Source: the human T2T-CHM13v2.0 reference genome, Homo sapiens. From it: 64,000 nucleotides of DNA. The notes under the pieces are model-generated. The model was not told where the DNA came from, ran no database searches, and saw only the letters and a list, made by a program, of their open reading frames with translations. Position numbers and translations under genes: made by a program. This document shows positions 15,261 through 33,751 of this stretch, piece after piece. Positions within the stretch are counted from its first letter, which is position 1, and the number at the start of each line of letters is the position of its first letter. The stretch is taken from NCBI RefSeq assembly GCF_009914755.1, contig NC_060940.1. One strand, 5' to 3'.

Positions 15261-16781
15261 AATATTTTTTAATAAAAAAATGGCCAAGCGTGATAGCTTA
15301 CACCTGTAATCCCAGCACTTTAAGAGGCCAAGGTGGGTGGATTGCTTGAACCCAGGAGTTTGAGACCAGCCTGGAAAACAAGGTAAAACCCTATCTGTAC
15401 AAAAAATACAAAACAATTAGCTGGGTGGGGTGGTGCCCACCTGTAGTCCCAGCTACTTGGGAGCCTGAAGTGGGAGGATGGCTTGGGCCCAGGAGGTCAA
15501 GGCTGCCGTGAGCCATGATCACACCACTGCACTCCAGCCTGGGCAACAGAGTGAGACTGTCTCAAGAAAATGAGTTAATTTTTTAAAATAAGATCATGTC
15601 AATCCCATATATAAAATTCTCCAGTGGCTTCCCGTTACCCATGGAATAAAATCCAAACTCCTAACCTGGCCTACAGAGCTCTGGTGTCTGGAAATCATCC
15701 CAACATATCAAATTTGGTCTCATCTCCTGGCCTTGGCACTTACAGTTCCCTCCACCTGGAATCCAGCTGAAATGTTCTGCCCCAAATCTTTTCAAGTCTA
15801 GCTGTGAAGGGGTGGGGTCTGAGCCTTCTACACCAATCTCAGCCTGAAACTAGGCACCTCCTACTCCAGGTTCCAGAACTCAAACTCCAGCCTAGGCTTC
15901 TCGGCTCATCTGAGAATCAAGACTCAAGCATCCACCCCTGACTCCTGCCCATCCCCAGTGGAACTCAGATGGCTCTGCAGGCCCTCCTAACTTTGGCCGA
16001 ACTCAAAAGTCTCACTAAGCATCACTCCCAGCTCCACATCCTAGCTCAGCATCAGCCTACCCCTCCTCCCACACTTCCCTGGCCTGGCTTCCCCTGCAAG
16101 AAACATTCTAGCCTAACATCATCCAAGCACCTTCAACAGTTCCTGGCACTAGTGGGTGCTCTTTAAATATTTGGTGAATGAATCATTTCCTATTCCAATA
16201 AATCAATATTCACATCTTGAATAACTCATTTGGCAGGACCTACTATACCATCTTACAATTCTCTCCACCTGGAATGCTCTGCCCCCAGATTGTTTCAAAC
16301 CTGGCTCCTACAATTGGATCTCAGCTCAACACTCCCTTCCTCAGAGAGGACTGCCTTGCACCCCTAGTCTCTCACATCACCCTGCTCTATCAATCCCAGC
16401 CTGTAGGATTCACCTACATAACTTCTCCCCATTGAAAAGTACAGAATATATGGGTTTGCACTAATAAGCATTGAGAAGTGATGCTTCTTTTTCTTGTTTT
16501 GCACCATTTACCACCTCTGTATCATGTAGATAACCTGACATTCACTAAATGCAATTCTGGGTACAATCCTGGACTGGATCCTGGAGCAGAAAAAGGACAT
16601 TGGTGAGAAAATTGGTGAAATCTGATTGGAGAGTATAGTTTGGTTAATAATATTATAGCATATTATTACCTGCTATAATACAATGGTATCCTTAAGATTC
16701 TAGGCCACATGAGTGAGCCAGAGACTGCAGAAGCAAAGAAAGGAAGCCATGGGAGAGTGATCACCATTTGCACACATATGA

Positions 16782-17072
<291 letters not shown>

Positions 17073-18236
17073 GGACTTCATGTTTTAATAAATAACAATA
17101 AAGCATCGCATCCTCAATTATTCAAAGGTTTATTCAGTCAATTAATCTTAGGAAAATAAATAAGAAAGATTTGACCCATCAGGATGCAAATATCATAATA
17201 GCCTTACTAAACAATTCCCTCAAAGCATTTTGATTAATTTTTGTTGATATGGTTGTTACTTTTCTAACATTCTCTGGCTTTTGGCATAAGCTTTTTTTTT
17301 TTTTTTGCGACAGAGTCTTGCTCTGTCACTGCAACCTCCATACCTCCCCATCCTGGGTTCAAGTGATTCTCCTGCTTCAGCCTCCCGAGTAGTTGGGGTT
17401 ACAGATGTGTGCCACCACACCAGGCTAATTTTTGTATTTTTAGTAGAGACCAGGTTTCACCATGTTGGCCAGGCTGGTCTTGAACTCCTGACCTCAAGTG
17501 ATCCACCTGCCTCGGCCTCCCAAAGTGCTAGGATTACAGGCGTGAGCCACCATGCCTGGCCAGGCAAAAGCTTCTGATTTTGAAATGACTACATAACTTA
17601 TATGAGTTGTGATTGTTTTCAATCTACCAACCTACTCTTCTTAATCTTTTTGTTGTTAGGATCTGTGAAACACTCCTCCCACTTTCATCTCCACCTGCCA
17701 GACCCACAGTAATAAATGAAATTGATGGGAAGGTGTGACCTGAGATGTGCTAACAATGACAAGCCTGCTTTGCCAGAGCAACGAAGAGCTAAGAGATCTT
17801 CAAATGATTCTGAAATTAGAGGAGGCCACACCTGGATGCAGTAAGCCCAGGTCTCAAGGGGCAGAGGAACCGGCTTCTGGACCATCCTGTCCTGGGTTCA
17901 GATCAAAGCTGATAGCTGGAGTCTGTTCCATTTTCCAAGGAGTGTGCTCTTTACAGCCCCCTGGAGCCATTCCTGGGTGTGACCAGCATCAGACGCTGGC
18001 TCAGGCTTGACTCAGCTTTAGTAACTACCTATTTGAGCGGGAAGCCAACCTCTGGAGCACCTGCTTTGGAAGGTTTGAGTTTTTCTACTTTGGTACGAAC
18101 TCCTATAGCTGAAAGCAATATGCAGCTTTGTGAATCTGAACATCATGTCCTCAGGGGACACAGAAGACTAAAGGAAACTCCAAGTTCCATTTCCCCACTC
18201 ATGGCATTTCCAAGTACTAAGTGGCGAGAGAGATCA

Positions 18237-18635
<399 letters not shown>

Positions 18636-19029
18636 TCACCACTCTGCCCATGTCAGCTTCTCAGGTATTTGAAGATGTATCATCTTCCCTCCAAGCCTTC
18701 TTGATGCTGAAACCCGCATGTGGCCCTTTCATGGGATCCTGGGGAATGCAATTCCTAGTTTCTTTATCAACCTTGGCACATTTTAGCATAACATCTTCCT
18801 TAAGGGGCCAGCTCCGAGGGAAACAGAACTCTAAAACAGATGTGGACTTGTCGTGAGACCCCCCTCTGGCTCCCTACACCCAAAGTCTCCCTTTCCCTCT
18901 ACCTGCCTCAGCTCCCAGGTGCAAGCAAGAGGTAACACAGAGATCAGGGCTGTGCCAACACTGTAGAACTCTCCAGAGGAAGACACCGAGAAACAAAAAT
19001 CAGCACTCCTTTTTTTTTTTTTTTTTTTG

Positions 19030-19520
19030 GCAATTGATTAGAGGTTTATTTTGCCAAGGTCGAGGATGTGCCTGGGAAAAAGAAACACAAGTCACAGTAG
19101 GATCTGAGACCTGTGCTTTTTCCAAATAGGATTTTAGGAACTTTGATATTTAAAGGGAAAGAGCAATATCCCCTTTGATACGTAAAGGAGAAAGAGCTTT
19201 CCTCTTCCTCAAGGAGAGGAAGGGAAATAAAAAGGAGAGAGGGTAGCCAATGAAGCCAAGTGATTACATTTTTGTGAGACTCTGATTAGCACTCAGTGAA
19301 TCTATACATTTTTTATGTGGAAAGAGGGAGTAGGGGAAAAGTCAATGAAGCATTTTCTCATGTTCAGTAACTCTCTATTTTACATAAGATAACGTAAGCA
19401 TGCGAAATTATAGCTATCTATTTAGGAACAAAAAAGGCAGTTTCTTGCATGACTCAGTTTCCAAACTTAACTTCCCTCCAGTGTAGTGAGTTTGGGGTCT
19501 CCAGATTCTCTCTTCTTTCA
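19030..19520 (-). mobile_element. MER4-group ERV1 LTR
   Basis: Reverse strand begins TGAAAG...gaccccaaactcact...ggaagttaagtttggaaactgagtcatgc; AATAAA near the other end. Confidence 0.65.
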
Positions 19521-19648
19521 GCAGCAGCAACTATGCCCAGCTTGTCCTTGGCAGTTGCTTGCTACCACTTAGCCCTGCCATCCTGGGATCCAATTACTCC
19601 CACTGGATTTAGGTTTCCTAATTCAGTGACTACAGTTCCCACTGTTAA

Positions 19649-19807
<159 letters not shown>

Positions 19808-20170
19808 TGAGTAGCTAGGACTACAAGTGTGTGTGCCACCACACCCAGAATTTTTGTATTTTTTGTAGACATGGGTTTTTTTCCGTGTTTGTCCAGGCTG
19901 GTCTCAAATCCTGGGCTCAAGACATCTGCCCACCTCAGCCTTCTCCCAAAGTGTTGGGATTACAGGCGTGAGCCACCATGCCCGCCCTCACAGAGCTTCT
20001 TAAGGATGCGGGGGCTTCCCTTACAGATTTATTTCTCACAGTAATGGAAAAAGCATGTCTTTTGGACCCTCCCAGTGTGGTTGACTAGGTCTTAAATGAC
20101 AAATCCATTGACAAAAGTGAACTGGCCGAGGTGCTGAGGCTTGATGGATCCCTGCAGAACACAGAAAAGG

Positions 20171-20353
20171 CATGCTTACCTGCAGAAGGCGTGCTCACCT
20201 GCAGAAAGCATGCTCACCTGCAGAAGGCGTGCTCACCTGCAGAAAGTGTGCTCACCTGCAGAAGGCGTGCTCACCTTCAGAAGGTGTGGTCACCTACAGA
20301 AAGTGTGCCCACCTGCAGAAGGCATGCTCACCTGCAGAAGGCGTGCTCACCTG
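20171..20353 (+). repeat. 19-bp minisatellite, about 9.6 copies (consensus cRtgctcacctgcagaaRg)
   Basis: Head-to-tail units read directly; no unique spacers. Confidence 0.96.
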
Positions 20354-20579
20354 TGACTGTGAAGACATGAAATGGAGAGTAGGATTTGGGACACCACACA
20401 GGATGAACAGGCAAAAGGGGAAGCTGGGGCCACCTGTTTTGGGGTGACTCAGTATCTCAGAATGTAAGTTTTTTTTTAAAGTAAATTTCTTTTTATTGGA
20501 GAAAAAAAAAAGAAACAAGCAAAACTCAGGAGTATGTTGTTTAGGCATAGATACCAATGAAAGAAAAACTGCATTTTTA

Positions 20580-20977
20580 AATTTTTTTTTTTAATTTTCT
20601 TTCCATAGGTTATTGGGGAACAGGTGGGGTTTGGTTACATAAGTAAGTTCTTTAGTGGTGATTCGTGAGATTTTGGCGCACCCATCACCTGAGTAGGATA
20701 CACTGCACCTAATTTGTAGTCTTTTACCCTCACTTCCTTCCCACGCTTTGCCCCTGAGTCCCCAAAGTCCATGGTATCATTCTTATGCCTTTGCATCCTC
20801 ATAGCTTACCTCCCACTTATGAGTGAGAACATATGATGCTTGGTTTTCCATTCCTGAGTTACTTCACTTATAATAGTCTCCAGTCTCATCCAGATTACTG
20901 TGAATGCCATTAATTCATTCCTTTCCATGGCTGAGTAGTATTCCATCATATATATATACCACAGTTTCTTTATCCAC
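20580..20977 (-). mobile_element. L1PB-like LINE-1 3' end
   Basis: PolyT, 3' UTR and ORF2 C-terminal remnant (WIKKLWYIY.MEYYSA...WMRLETII.SEVTQEWKTKH.MFSLISG). Confidence 0.88.
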
Positions 20978-21365
20978 AGAATGTGAGCTTGTTTAGAGAT
21001 AGGGGCTTTGCAGACAAAATCAAAGTAGGGTGTCATAATCTAATGCATTATCCAATATGACTGGTGTCCTTATAAAAAGGGGAAATTTGGACATGCGACA
21101 CACACACAGGGAGGGTACCACGTGAAGATGAAGACAGAGATCAGGATGATGCTTCTACCAGCCAAGCAATGCCAAGGATGGCCAGCAAACCACCAGAAGC
21201 CAGCAGAGGCGTGGAACAAATTCTTTCTCATGGCATCTGAAGGAACCAACTCTGCCAACACCTTGATCTTGGACTTGTAGCCTCTAGGACTATGAGAAAA
21301 TACATTTCTGTTGTTTAAGCTGCTCAGTTTGTAGTACTTTGTTAGGGCAGCCCAAGCAAATGAAC
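20978..21365 (+). mobile_element. MLT1 (ERVL-MaLR) LTR fragment
   Basis: Motifs gtgtccttataaaaagggg, ccaagcaatgccaaggatg, ttgtagtactttgttagggcagccc. Confidence 0.8.
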
Positions 21366-21944
21366 ATACCACCCCTAGGCCTAATAAGGAAACTCTGTCT
21401 CAGAAACCCAGTGAGAGGGCACTTGGCTGGAGCTGTCGGAGGCAGCAGTGTAAGGAGGGAGTGGGCACGGAAAATCTCAACCTCCCTCTCCTCCCACCCT
21501 TGTCTCCTGCATTGCCTAAGCCAACTGGAAGCCGGTGAGGAAAGGAGGTGGGGGATGCAAGCGAAGAGTATGCACCCACTTGGAGGGGGCGTCGTCCACG
21601 CTTCCCTTCTAACCTATCTATGTGGGGTCCTTAGTTAATGGAGCAGGAAGGGAACTCAGGAGCACCTGATCCAAACCTTTCCTTTGACCCCTGGGGAAGC
21701 TGAGTCTCAGAGAGGAATGTAACAACGCAGCCAATCAATGCAGAGTCAAGACTAAGTCAGTTCTCTTGACTCCCAGCCATGCGCTCCTTCTGAATAGCGG
21801 GGCTGCTTTTCATCATTGGTGTCTTTCTCCTTCCACTCACCCACCTGACCTCTTTAGCCCAGAGCCTTTAAAAAATATTTTCTTTAATTTCTTATTTGAC
21901 TAGGTAATACTTTGATATACCAAATTAAAAGGTATAAAGGCAAA

Positions 21945-23047
<1,103 letters not shown>

Positions 23048-24649
23048 TAAAAAGGACATAATCATAATATGTACAATGAAAGAGAGTCCCCCTCCCATCC
23101 CAGTCCTCACCACAAAAATCCCCTCCTTGGAGACCCCCCACTGAGATAGTTCCCTGGGTCTCCTTCCACAGATGGTCTGTGGTTACACAGGTAAGTCCTC
23201 CCTTCTTATACATATGCCCTCCCTAGCTTTTGTGTACTCCATAAATGGTAGCATACTACATGCACGGTTTTATATTTTTCTCTTTTCATTTCATATGCTT
23301 TGGAGAGCATCCTCATTTTTTTAAGGCCACATAGTATTCTTGCACAAAGCCTTTTATGCAGGAAGTGTTCAAATAATATTTGAAGATGACAACACTTGCA
23401 TTTTAATAAGTACATTGTCTTAACTCCAAAGAATGAATTAGGAATGGTAGAATTTCAGGCCAGGCGTGGTGGCTCATGCCTGTAATCTCAGCACTTTGGG
23501 AGGCCGAGGCAGGAGGGTTGCTCAAGTCCAGGAGTTCGAAACCAGCCTGGGCAACGAGCGAAACCCCCACCTCTACCAAAAATAAAAAATTAACCAGGCA
23601 TAGTGGTGTGCGCCCGTAGCCTCAGCTACACAGGAGGCTGAGGTGGGATAATTGCTTGAGCTCAGGAGGTCAAGGCTGCAGTGAGCCATGATCTCACCTC
23701 TGCCACTCCAGCCTGGGTGATAGAGCAACACACTCCATCTCCAAAAAAAAAAAAAAGAAAAGAAAAGAAAGAAGGAAGGAAAGAAAGAAAAGGAAAAAAG
23801 AAATGGTAGAATTTCATAAACCTGCAAAATATGTGTATGCATGGAGAGAGGATGAGATAGAAGTCTAGTCTCTTAGGTCAGCTTTACAAAGTTTATGGGG
23901 GCCACATCTGGAAAAAGGCCCTGTGCTAGATGCTAGTTACAATAAATAACAGCCAACAACTGTATGGCTGTCATCCCACAGCAGCTACTGTTATAAGCAC
24001 TTTAAGCATGTTGACTTATTTAATCCTCGCAACAACTTGATGTTGTAGGTGCTATTACTAATTATCCCCATTTTACAGGTCCGGACTCTGAGGCAGAAAG
24101 AGGTTAAGTATCTTGCCTAAGATCACTTGGCAATGAAGGACAGAACAGGGGATTGAACGCACAGAGTGGGGCTTTAGGGCCCTTGCTCTTGTTTACTACA
24201 TGAGCTGCCTCTCAGGCACACAAACATTTACTGAACTTTGTGCCAAGCCCTGGGCTTCCTAATGAGAGGGATATAATGATGCCTTAGCCATAAACTTCAC
24301 CCTTGAGGAGCAACAGGGACACAGTTCACCCCAATACAAGGCAGACAACTGATCTGTGTTATACGAGAGGAACATATAGAATGTTCTGGAGGCTAGAGGA
24401 GGGATGGTACCGAACGCTGAATGCCATGTGGAGGATGTGACACTTAGATGTGAAAGGGAGCAACAGCCATTTGTTACATCGAGTCTTCCTGACAATTCCA
24501 TTATCATCCCCATTTCATAGGTTTAAAAAGATTACTGTAATCCTAACACTTTGGGAGGCTGAGGCTGGAGGATTGTTTGAGCCCAGAAGTTTGAGACCAG
24601 CCTGGAAAATATAGTGAGACCCAGACTCTACAAATTTTTTTTTTAATTA

Positions 24650-24922
<273 letters not shown>

Positions 24923-25173
24923 TCACATCAGCCTTCCTCCATCAGGACGAACCACATCCTTGGCAGGGCCACACTGGGCAATTAATGAGCCAAAAGCACT
25001 TTGAAGATAAAATTATCCATAAAAAGGGTTGGTTCCCACAGGTGCAGGCAGCGAGGCAGGGACAGTTTGTGGGGAGGATTGTGGTGATGACAACGTGGGA
25101 TCCTTGAGAAAGGAGGCTGAGTTTCCAGGCCCTTCCAAAAATTTCCTTCTCTGGCCCAGAGGAAGCTACGATT

Positions 25174-26095
<922 letters not shown>

Positions 26096-26403
26096 GATTG
26101 AAGGCAAAACATTCCAAACTTCAGCATGAAGCACTGTCCTCTGAATTTTGCCATAACTACATTCCACCTGTGCTATAGTTTATTTAGTACTATCTTTATT
26201 AAATTAACTCACTTAAAAATTATTCATCCTGGCCAGGCACTGTGGCTTACCCCTGTAATTCCAGCACTTTGAGAGGCTGAGGCAGGCAGATCACCTGAGG
26301 TCAGGAGTTGAAGACCAGCCTGCCCAACGTGGCAAAACCCCGTCTCTACTAAAAATACGAAAAATTAGCTGGGTGTGGTAGCAGATGCCTGTAATCCCAT
26401 TTA

Positions 26404-26541
<138 letters not shown>

Positions 26542-28619
26542 CTAAGCACTTAATCTTTGTGAAATTATTTTCAATGCATTTATAATTTCTTTTTCATATA
26601 CATAAGTTAAAACTATTAAAACAACAACAACAAAAAGTTTTTCCGTGGATCATCTAAAAGCCTCTCCCTTTTGGGAACGCCAGGCTAGGGCACCTCTCTC
26701 CCTGGTGAGAGAAGATTCACTAACCCCACACTTCCTCCTGCTCCATGACTTTTGGCAACTTTCTCTTCTTTCTCTGAGCCACAGTTTCCTCATCCCCAGA
26801 TTCCTTGCAGCTCTTATATAAGGAATTGGTGAAATGCAGCCTCAAGCCAGTCAGCCTGGGTTAGAATCCTCGCCCTGCCCTTTCTTGCAGTGTGACCTCA
26901 GGCAAGTTATTTAGCCCATCTCTGCCCCAATTGCACCCTCTGTGAAATGGACACCACTTCACAGGGCTGTTGAAGGGCTTTGCATCTCCTCTAAGAAGCC
27001 CACTTTGACCATTTGATTGTATACACCACATGTTGCCTACCCCAGCAACTTCTGGGCCTCTTCATTGTACTTTTTCCCATAGCATGTATTACCTTCTAAC
27101 AAACAACTGCATGGTCTGACAAACTGCATGATTGATTGGTTATGTTTACTCTATTTCTTCCTGCTCTCTCTAAGAATGTAAATTCCACGAGGCCAGGGAT
27201 ATTCACCAGTTTTGTTTGCTGTTGTATCTACTCCAAGTACCTAGGTGGAAGACTGCCTGGCCCTCAATTAATCTTTCTTGAATGAAGGGAACAACTGAAT
27301 GACTCCTGAGTCTCATAGCCTCCCACATGGGGTAAGAACCCCACATCCCAAGAAAAGTCAATAAAACCCCTTACCAAAGAAAGCATTCCCTTCAGTTTCA
27401 TAGTTTGAAGGAATAGGGGCTATTAGGGAAGAGTCTCTGACTCAAAGGAAGGCAGTATTTTGGGCTTTCTAGAAGTACTAATGATACATCAAAGGAAGTG
27501 AAATTGTCATTAAAATCAATGCCTTTCAGCAAGTCCAGCAGATGTGGGCGGGGCTGCTGTCCTGTGGGTTTTGAAAGGGGTGTGTACTGGGAGAGCCCCC
27601 ACGGTCACCTGCTGGCTGTGATTTCTACCTCCCTGTTGGGTTGGGAAGTTGTAGTTACTTTTACTAAGTGCCTGCTAAGTACCAGGGGCTTCCTACAGAT
27701 TAGTTCATTTATTCCTCAAAACAGCTAAATGTTGGCTGAGCAGGCATGGTGGCTTATGCCTGTAATTCCAGTGCTTTGGGAGACCGAGGCAAGAGAATCA
27801 TTCGAGCCCAGGATTCAAGACCAGCCTGGACAATATAGAGAGACCCCATGTCTACAAAAATAAAAAAATTAGCCAGGTGCCATGACGCCCACCTATAGTC
27901 CCAGCTACTAGGGAGGCTGAAGCAGGGGGACCGCTTGAGCCCAGTAGTTCAAGGCTGCAGTGAGCTCTGGTGGCGCCACTGTACTCCAGCCTTGGCAACA
28001 GAGTGAAGACCCGTCTCTAAAAAACCAACCAAAAAACAAAAATACAAATAAATGTAGTGGTAGAATTATGCCTATTGTACAGATGAGGAAAGAAGGATGA
28101 AAAAAGGAGTGAGTTGCCCAGGGTCACCCAGCTAACTGATTAGTAGCAGAGTCTGGCTGGAACCCTGGCCTGCTCAGGCTTAGGCTTATGGTCCCAGTCT
28201 ATAGCTCCTGCTCATGGCGCTCCCAGACCCTCCCTCCCACTGCTTGCCTCTGACGTGTGGATCTTGGGCTTCCCTGAAACAGGACTGAAATGAGCCTCCT
28301 TAGATGCTGATGTGGAAGTATATCTATTCACCATGGAAAGATGGTTACAGCATCACTTGAAACCCAGACCTTGCTTTCTGAGCCCAAAGGAATGTCCCAT
28401 CTCATCTACTAGGCTGGTCTCCAAGAAATCTTGGCTGTTTCCAGAGGGATCAAAGGAGCCTGCTGGCCAGGTGCGGTGGCTCACGCCTATAATCCCAGCA
28501 CTTTGGGAGGCTGAGGTGGGAAGACTGCTTGAGCCCAGGAGTTTGAGACCAGCCTTGGCAACATAGTGAGACTGTTTCTACAAAAACAAAAAACAAAAAC
28601 ACAAAACAAAACAAAAAAA

Positions 28620-28652
<33 letters not shown>

Positions 28653-28808
28653 AAAGAAAAAAAATAGTTGGGTGTGGTGGCACATGCCTGTGGTTCCAGC
28701 GACTATACCATATGACTATATTACCTATTCAAAAACAATAAAACTGGCCGGGCACAGTGGCTCACCCCTGTAATCTCAGCACTTTGGGAGGCGAAGGTGA
28801 GCGAATCA

Positions 28809-29189
<381 letters not shown>

Positions 29190-30176
29190 TCACCAGTAAT
29201 GGGACAAACTGACATCACACACCTCTCAGCAGGATGGACTGAGGACATAGCATCATTTCTGTTGCTGACAAAAATGCAGAACCTGTTGTATCTAATTTTA
29301 AGAAAGTATCAGGCAAACCTTGAGGGGCACTCTACATAATAACTGGCCTATACTCTTCAAAACTGTCAAGGTCAGCCCGGCTTGGTGGCTCTCGCCTGTA
29401 ATCCCAGCATTTCGGGAGGCCAAGGCAGGCGGATCGCTTGAGCCCAGGAGTTCCAGACCAGCCTGGGCAACAGGTGAAACCCCATCTCTATTTAAAAAAA
29501 AAAGAAACCTGTCAAGGTCATGAGGAAAAAGAAAAGCTGAGGAATTATTTCACGTGAACAGAGAATAAAACACAGGACAACTAAATGTAATTGTTGGTAC
29601 TGGGTTAGATCCTGAATGAGAAAAACAATTGCTGTACAGGCCACGAGTGAGACAATTGTGGAAATTTAAGTAAGGTCTGTAGACTAGATGGTAGTATCAT
29701 ATCAAAGTTAGATTTCCTGATATTGTTAATTGCGTTATGGTTGTATAAATTAATATCCTTGCCTTTAGGAAATATATAATGATGTATTTAGTAGTAAAGG
29801 GGCAATGTACTCTCAAATAGTTCAGAGGGAAATATAATATATATGTATATATATGTACTGTATATATCTACATATATGTAGAGAGTGAAATGGGAAAGAG
29901 GAATGACAAAGCAGATGTGGCCAGGCACACATGTGAGTAAAGAGATCTTTTTATTGTTATTGCCAGTTTTCTTTAAGTTTGAAATTAATTCCAAAACAAC
30001 AGAAAATTCTGAGTCAAAATCTTACCAGGGCTTATTTCTGGGTGATGTTATATTTTCTTTTATTTTTGCTTTTTTTTTTATCTTTTTTTTCGCTTACTTT
30101 TTTTTTTGAAAACGTTAATACAAGCATATAGTAAAAATAATCCAAATGCTAAAAAAAAAAAACACCTCCAGTGTAA

Positions 30177-30626
<450 letters not shown>

Positions 30627-30765
30627 TAGATATATTCTGTTCATAAACAAACACATATGGTTAGGTTGCCTCTTCCCACTTCCCTCATCCCCCCAGCAAA
30701 AATAGTGGTATCCTGATCCATACCAATCTACACTTTGTTTTTCCTCTAACATAATATCTTCATGA

Positions 30766-31104
<339 letters not shown>

Positions 31105-31496
31105 TGACCCACCGTGGCCAGCATACCTTATATTTTTATGGGCTATTTAGAATTCCACCATACGGACGTATCATAACTCATTGAACCCATTCCCGTTGTC
31201 ATGAACATTTAAGCCTATTCCAGTCTCTTACAAACAAGATTGCAATGAATGACAGCCACTTTTTTGTGCACAATGTGTAAAGAAATATACAGAATAATCT
31301 CCCACAAGTGGAGCTGCTTTGTGAACATACATGTGCCTTTTACATTTTGAAAGCTACAGTGGTCACCCTCCAGTTAGCACATCACCATCAGCACTTGATC
31401 ACACATACCTTCTCACAGCCACCCTGCACAGTACAGTTCACATTTTTTGATCTTTGCTAATCACGTGGAATTTTTTTCTTTTTTTTTTTTTTTTGA

Positions 31497-31601
<105 letters not shown>

Positions 31602-33472
31602 TGAGTAGCTGGGATTACAGGCATGCGCCACCACACCCAGCTAATTTCATATTTTCAGTAGAGATGGGGTTTTGCCATGTTGGGCAGGCTGGTCTGAAAC
31701 TCCTGGCCTCAGGTGATCTGCCCGCCTCAGCCTCCCAAACCGCTGGGATTACAGATGTGAGCCACTGAGCCCGGGTCACATGTGTTTTTTAATGCTATCT
31801 GTTCGTAGTTTTAATTCTCATTTCTATCATTAAAAGTGCAGGTGAAAATCTTATCATTTGCTCTAAAAGTCACTTGTATTATTTTTTTCCTCTGTGATCT
31901 CTTCCTGAGCTTATAGGAATGGTCTGATTTTCTACCGTGGACCCAGCCCTTCTACAGGGAAACCCACCGTATTAATGCCAGGCTGAGCCTTTCTGGTCCT
32001 CTCTGGGTGCTGGAAAGAGGAGGATCTGTATCTTCTGGTACATTTGGACCAATGTGTGTCTCAACATGTCCAGTGACTCACGTCTCCTTTCAGGTTTTCT
32101 AGCTATAAGCCCAACAGCGATAATTTACCAAAGGTGCTGGGTACATGATGGCAGCCCATGCCAAGGGCAGCCTCCCTATCCCACGGCAGGCCTGTCCCGG
32201 GACGTTGCAGGGTGTCTATCTGCCCATCCCTGAGAAGCAGCACTTCTTAGTCACTCTGGGTTTGTTTTCTCCCCACGTCTTTCAAAGCTTCGATGGGAAC
32301 AGAACACTTCGTTCAACAGGAGGCCCTGAAAAGCCCCTTTGTGCTGCATCCGTCCCAGGAACCAGCTCAGTGTTCTCTGAAAGAAAAAAGCCTTGGATAA
32401 AAGCTGGCATTTTAAGAACCCTGGAGGTCAGGCCCTTGGTAATGAGCCTCATTAGTATGCAAACACACACAGAGCAAAGCTTCAGCTCCTCCTGAACCTA
32501 GCTCTTTGCAGATGCTGATTTTAGAGGTGGGATGTTTTTTTTCCCTTCAGCATCTGTGGGGTTGCGGCACAGGTAGGAGATTTTTTTCTACCTGGAAATG
32601 TAGCTGAGACAGGTCACTTCCCAAGCATTCTGCCAGGTTCTGCATTTCTGTACTAAACAGGAAGTGGTCTCCTGGCAGATGTATTCTATTTATAAACAGA
32701 TGAGTATGGTTAGCTTGCCTCCTCCCACTTTCCTCATCCCCCTACAGACGTAGTGGTAACCTGATCCATTATCTTGACCATCCCTGCATTGTTCACAGAG
32801 CCTGGGTTTTGGAACCAGATAGACTGAGGTTCAAATCCTCACTCTGCCTCTTCCTGGCTGGGAGACCTTTGCAGATGACTTCTTTGAGCCAGTGTTCATC
32901 TCAAATACAGATTTACAATAGTACCTATTTTGCAAGTGAGGTGCCGGTGTCTTAGGATGCAGAAAAGATGCAAAAATGAGATTTGGTGACCAGAGAAGAA
33001 TACAATTAGAAGCAATTCATTGGCCAAGATTTTCCTGTAAGGAGATGAAATCAAGGAAGTAACCACTGAGCTCTGAAAAAAATGCAATCAAATCCTAACA
33101 TTTCCTTTTGGGTTGAAACTCAGAAACTTCCTATTACCCTCAAGGTAAAAACACACACACGCAACAACAACAAAACAAAACAAAAACAAAAACACCCTTA
33201 CTCTGGCTCCGAAGTCTCTGGGAGTGTGTGATTCACTTCCTAGCTGCCAGTCTATGGCTTGGCCTTGGGCTCTGGGGCTCTGCCAGTGTAGACATCTCTG
33301 AGGTCTGAGACTCCTTAAGCTCCCTCATCCTCCCTCCAACCTCTGATCCTGGAAGCTCCCTCTCCCTGGGATATTCTCCCATCCTCTCCTCCCCGCTGGC
33401 TAACTCCTGCTCAATGTTCAGATTTCAACTGTAGCATAACTTACCCAGGACTAGGGGGTATGAAGCCCCTAA

Positions 33473-33751
<279 letters not shown>

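Noticed and set aside
20131-20447. Repeat array as a CRISPR, and its three repetitive ORFs
   Set aside because: Units are head-to-tail with no unique spacers, there are no cas genes and the context is eukaryotic; the ORFs are by-products of a stop-free 19-mer.
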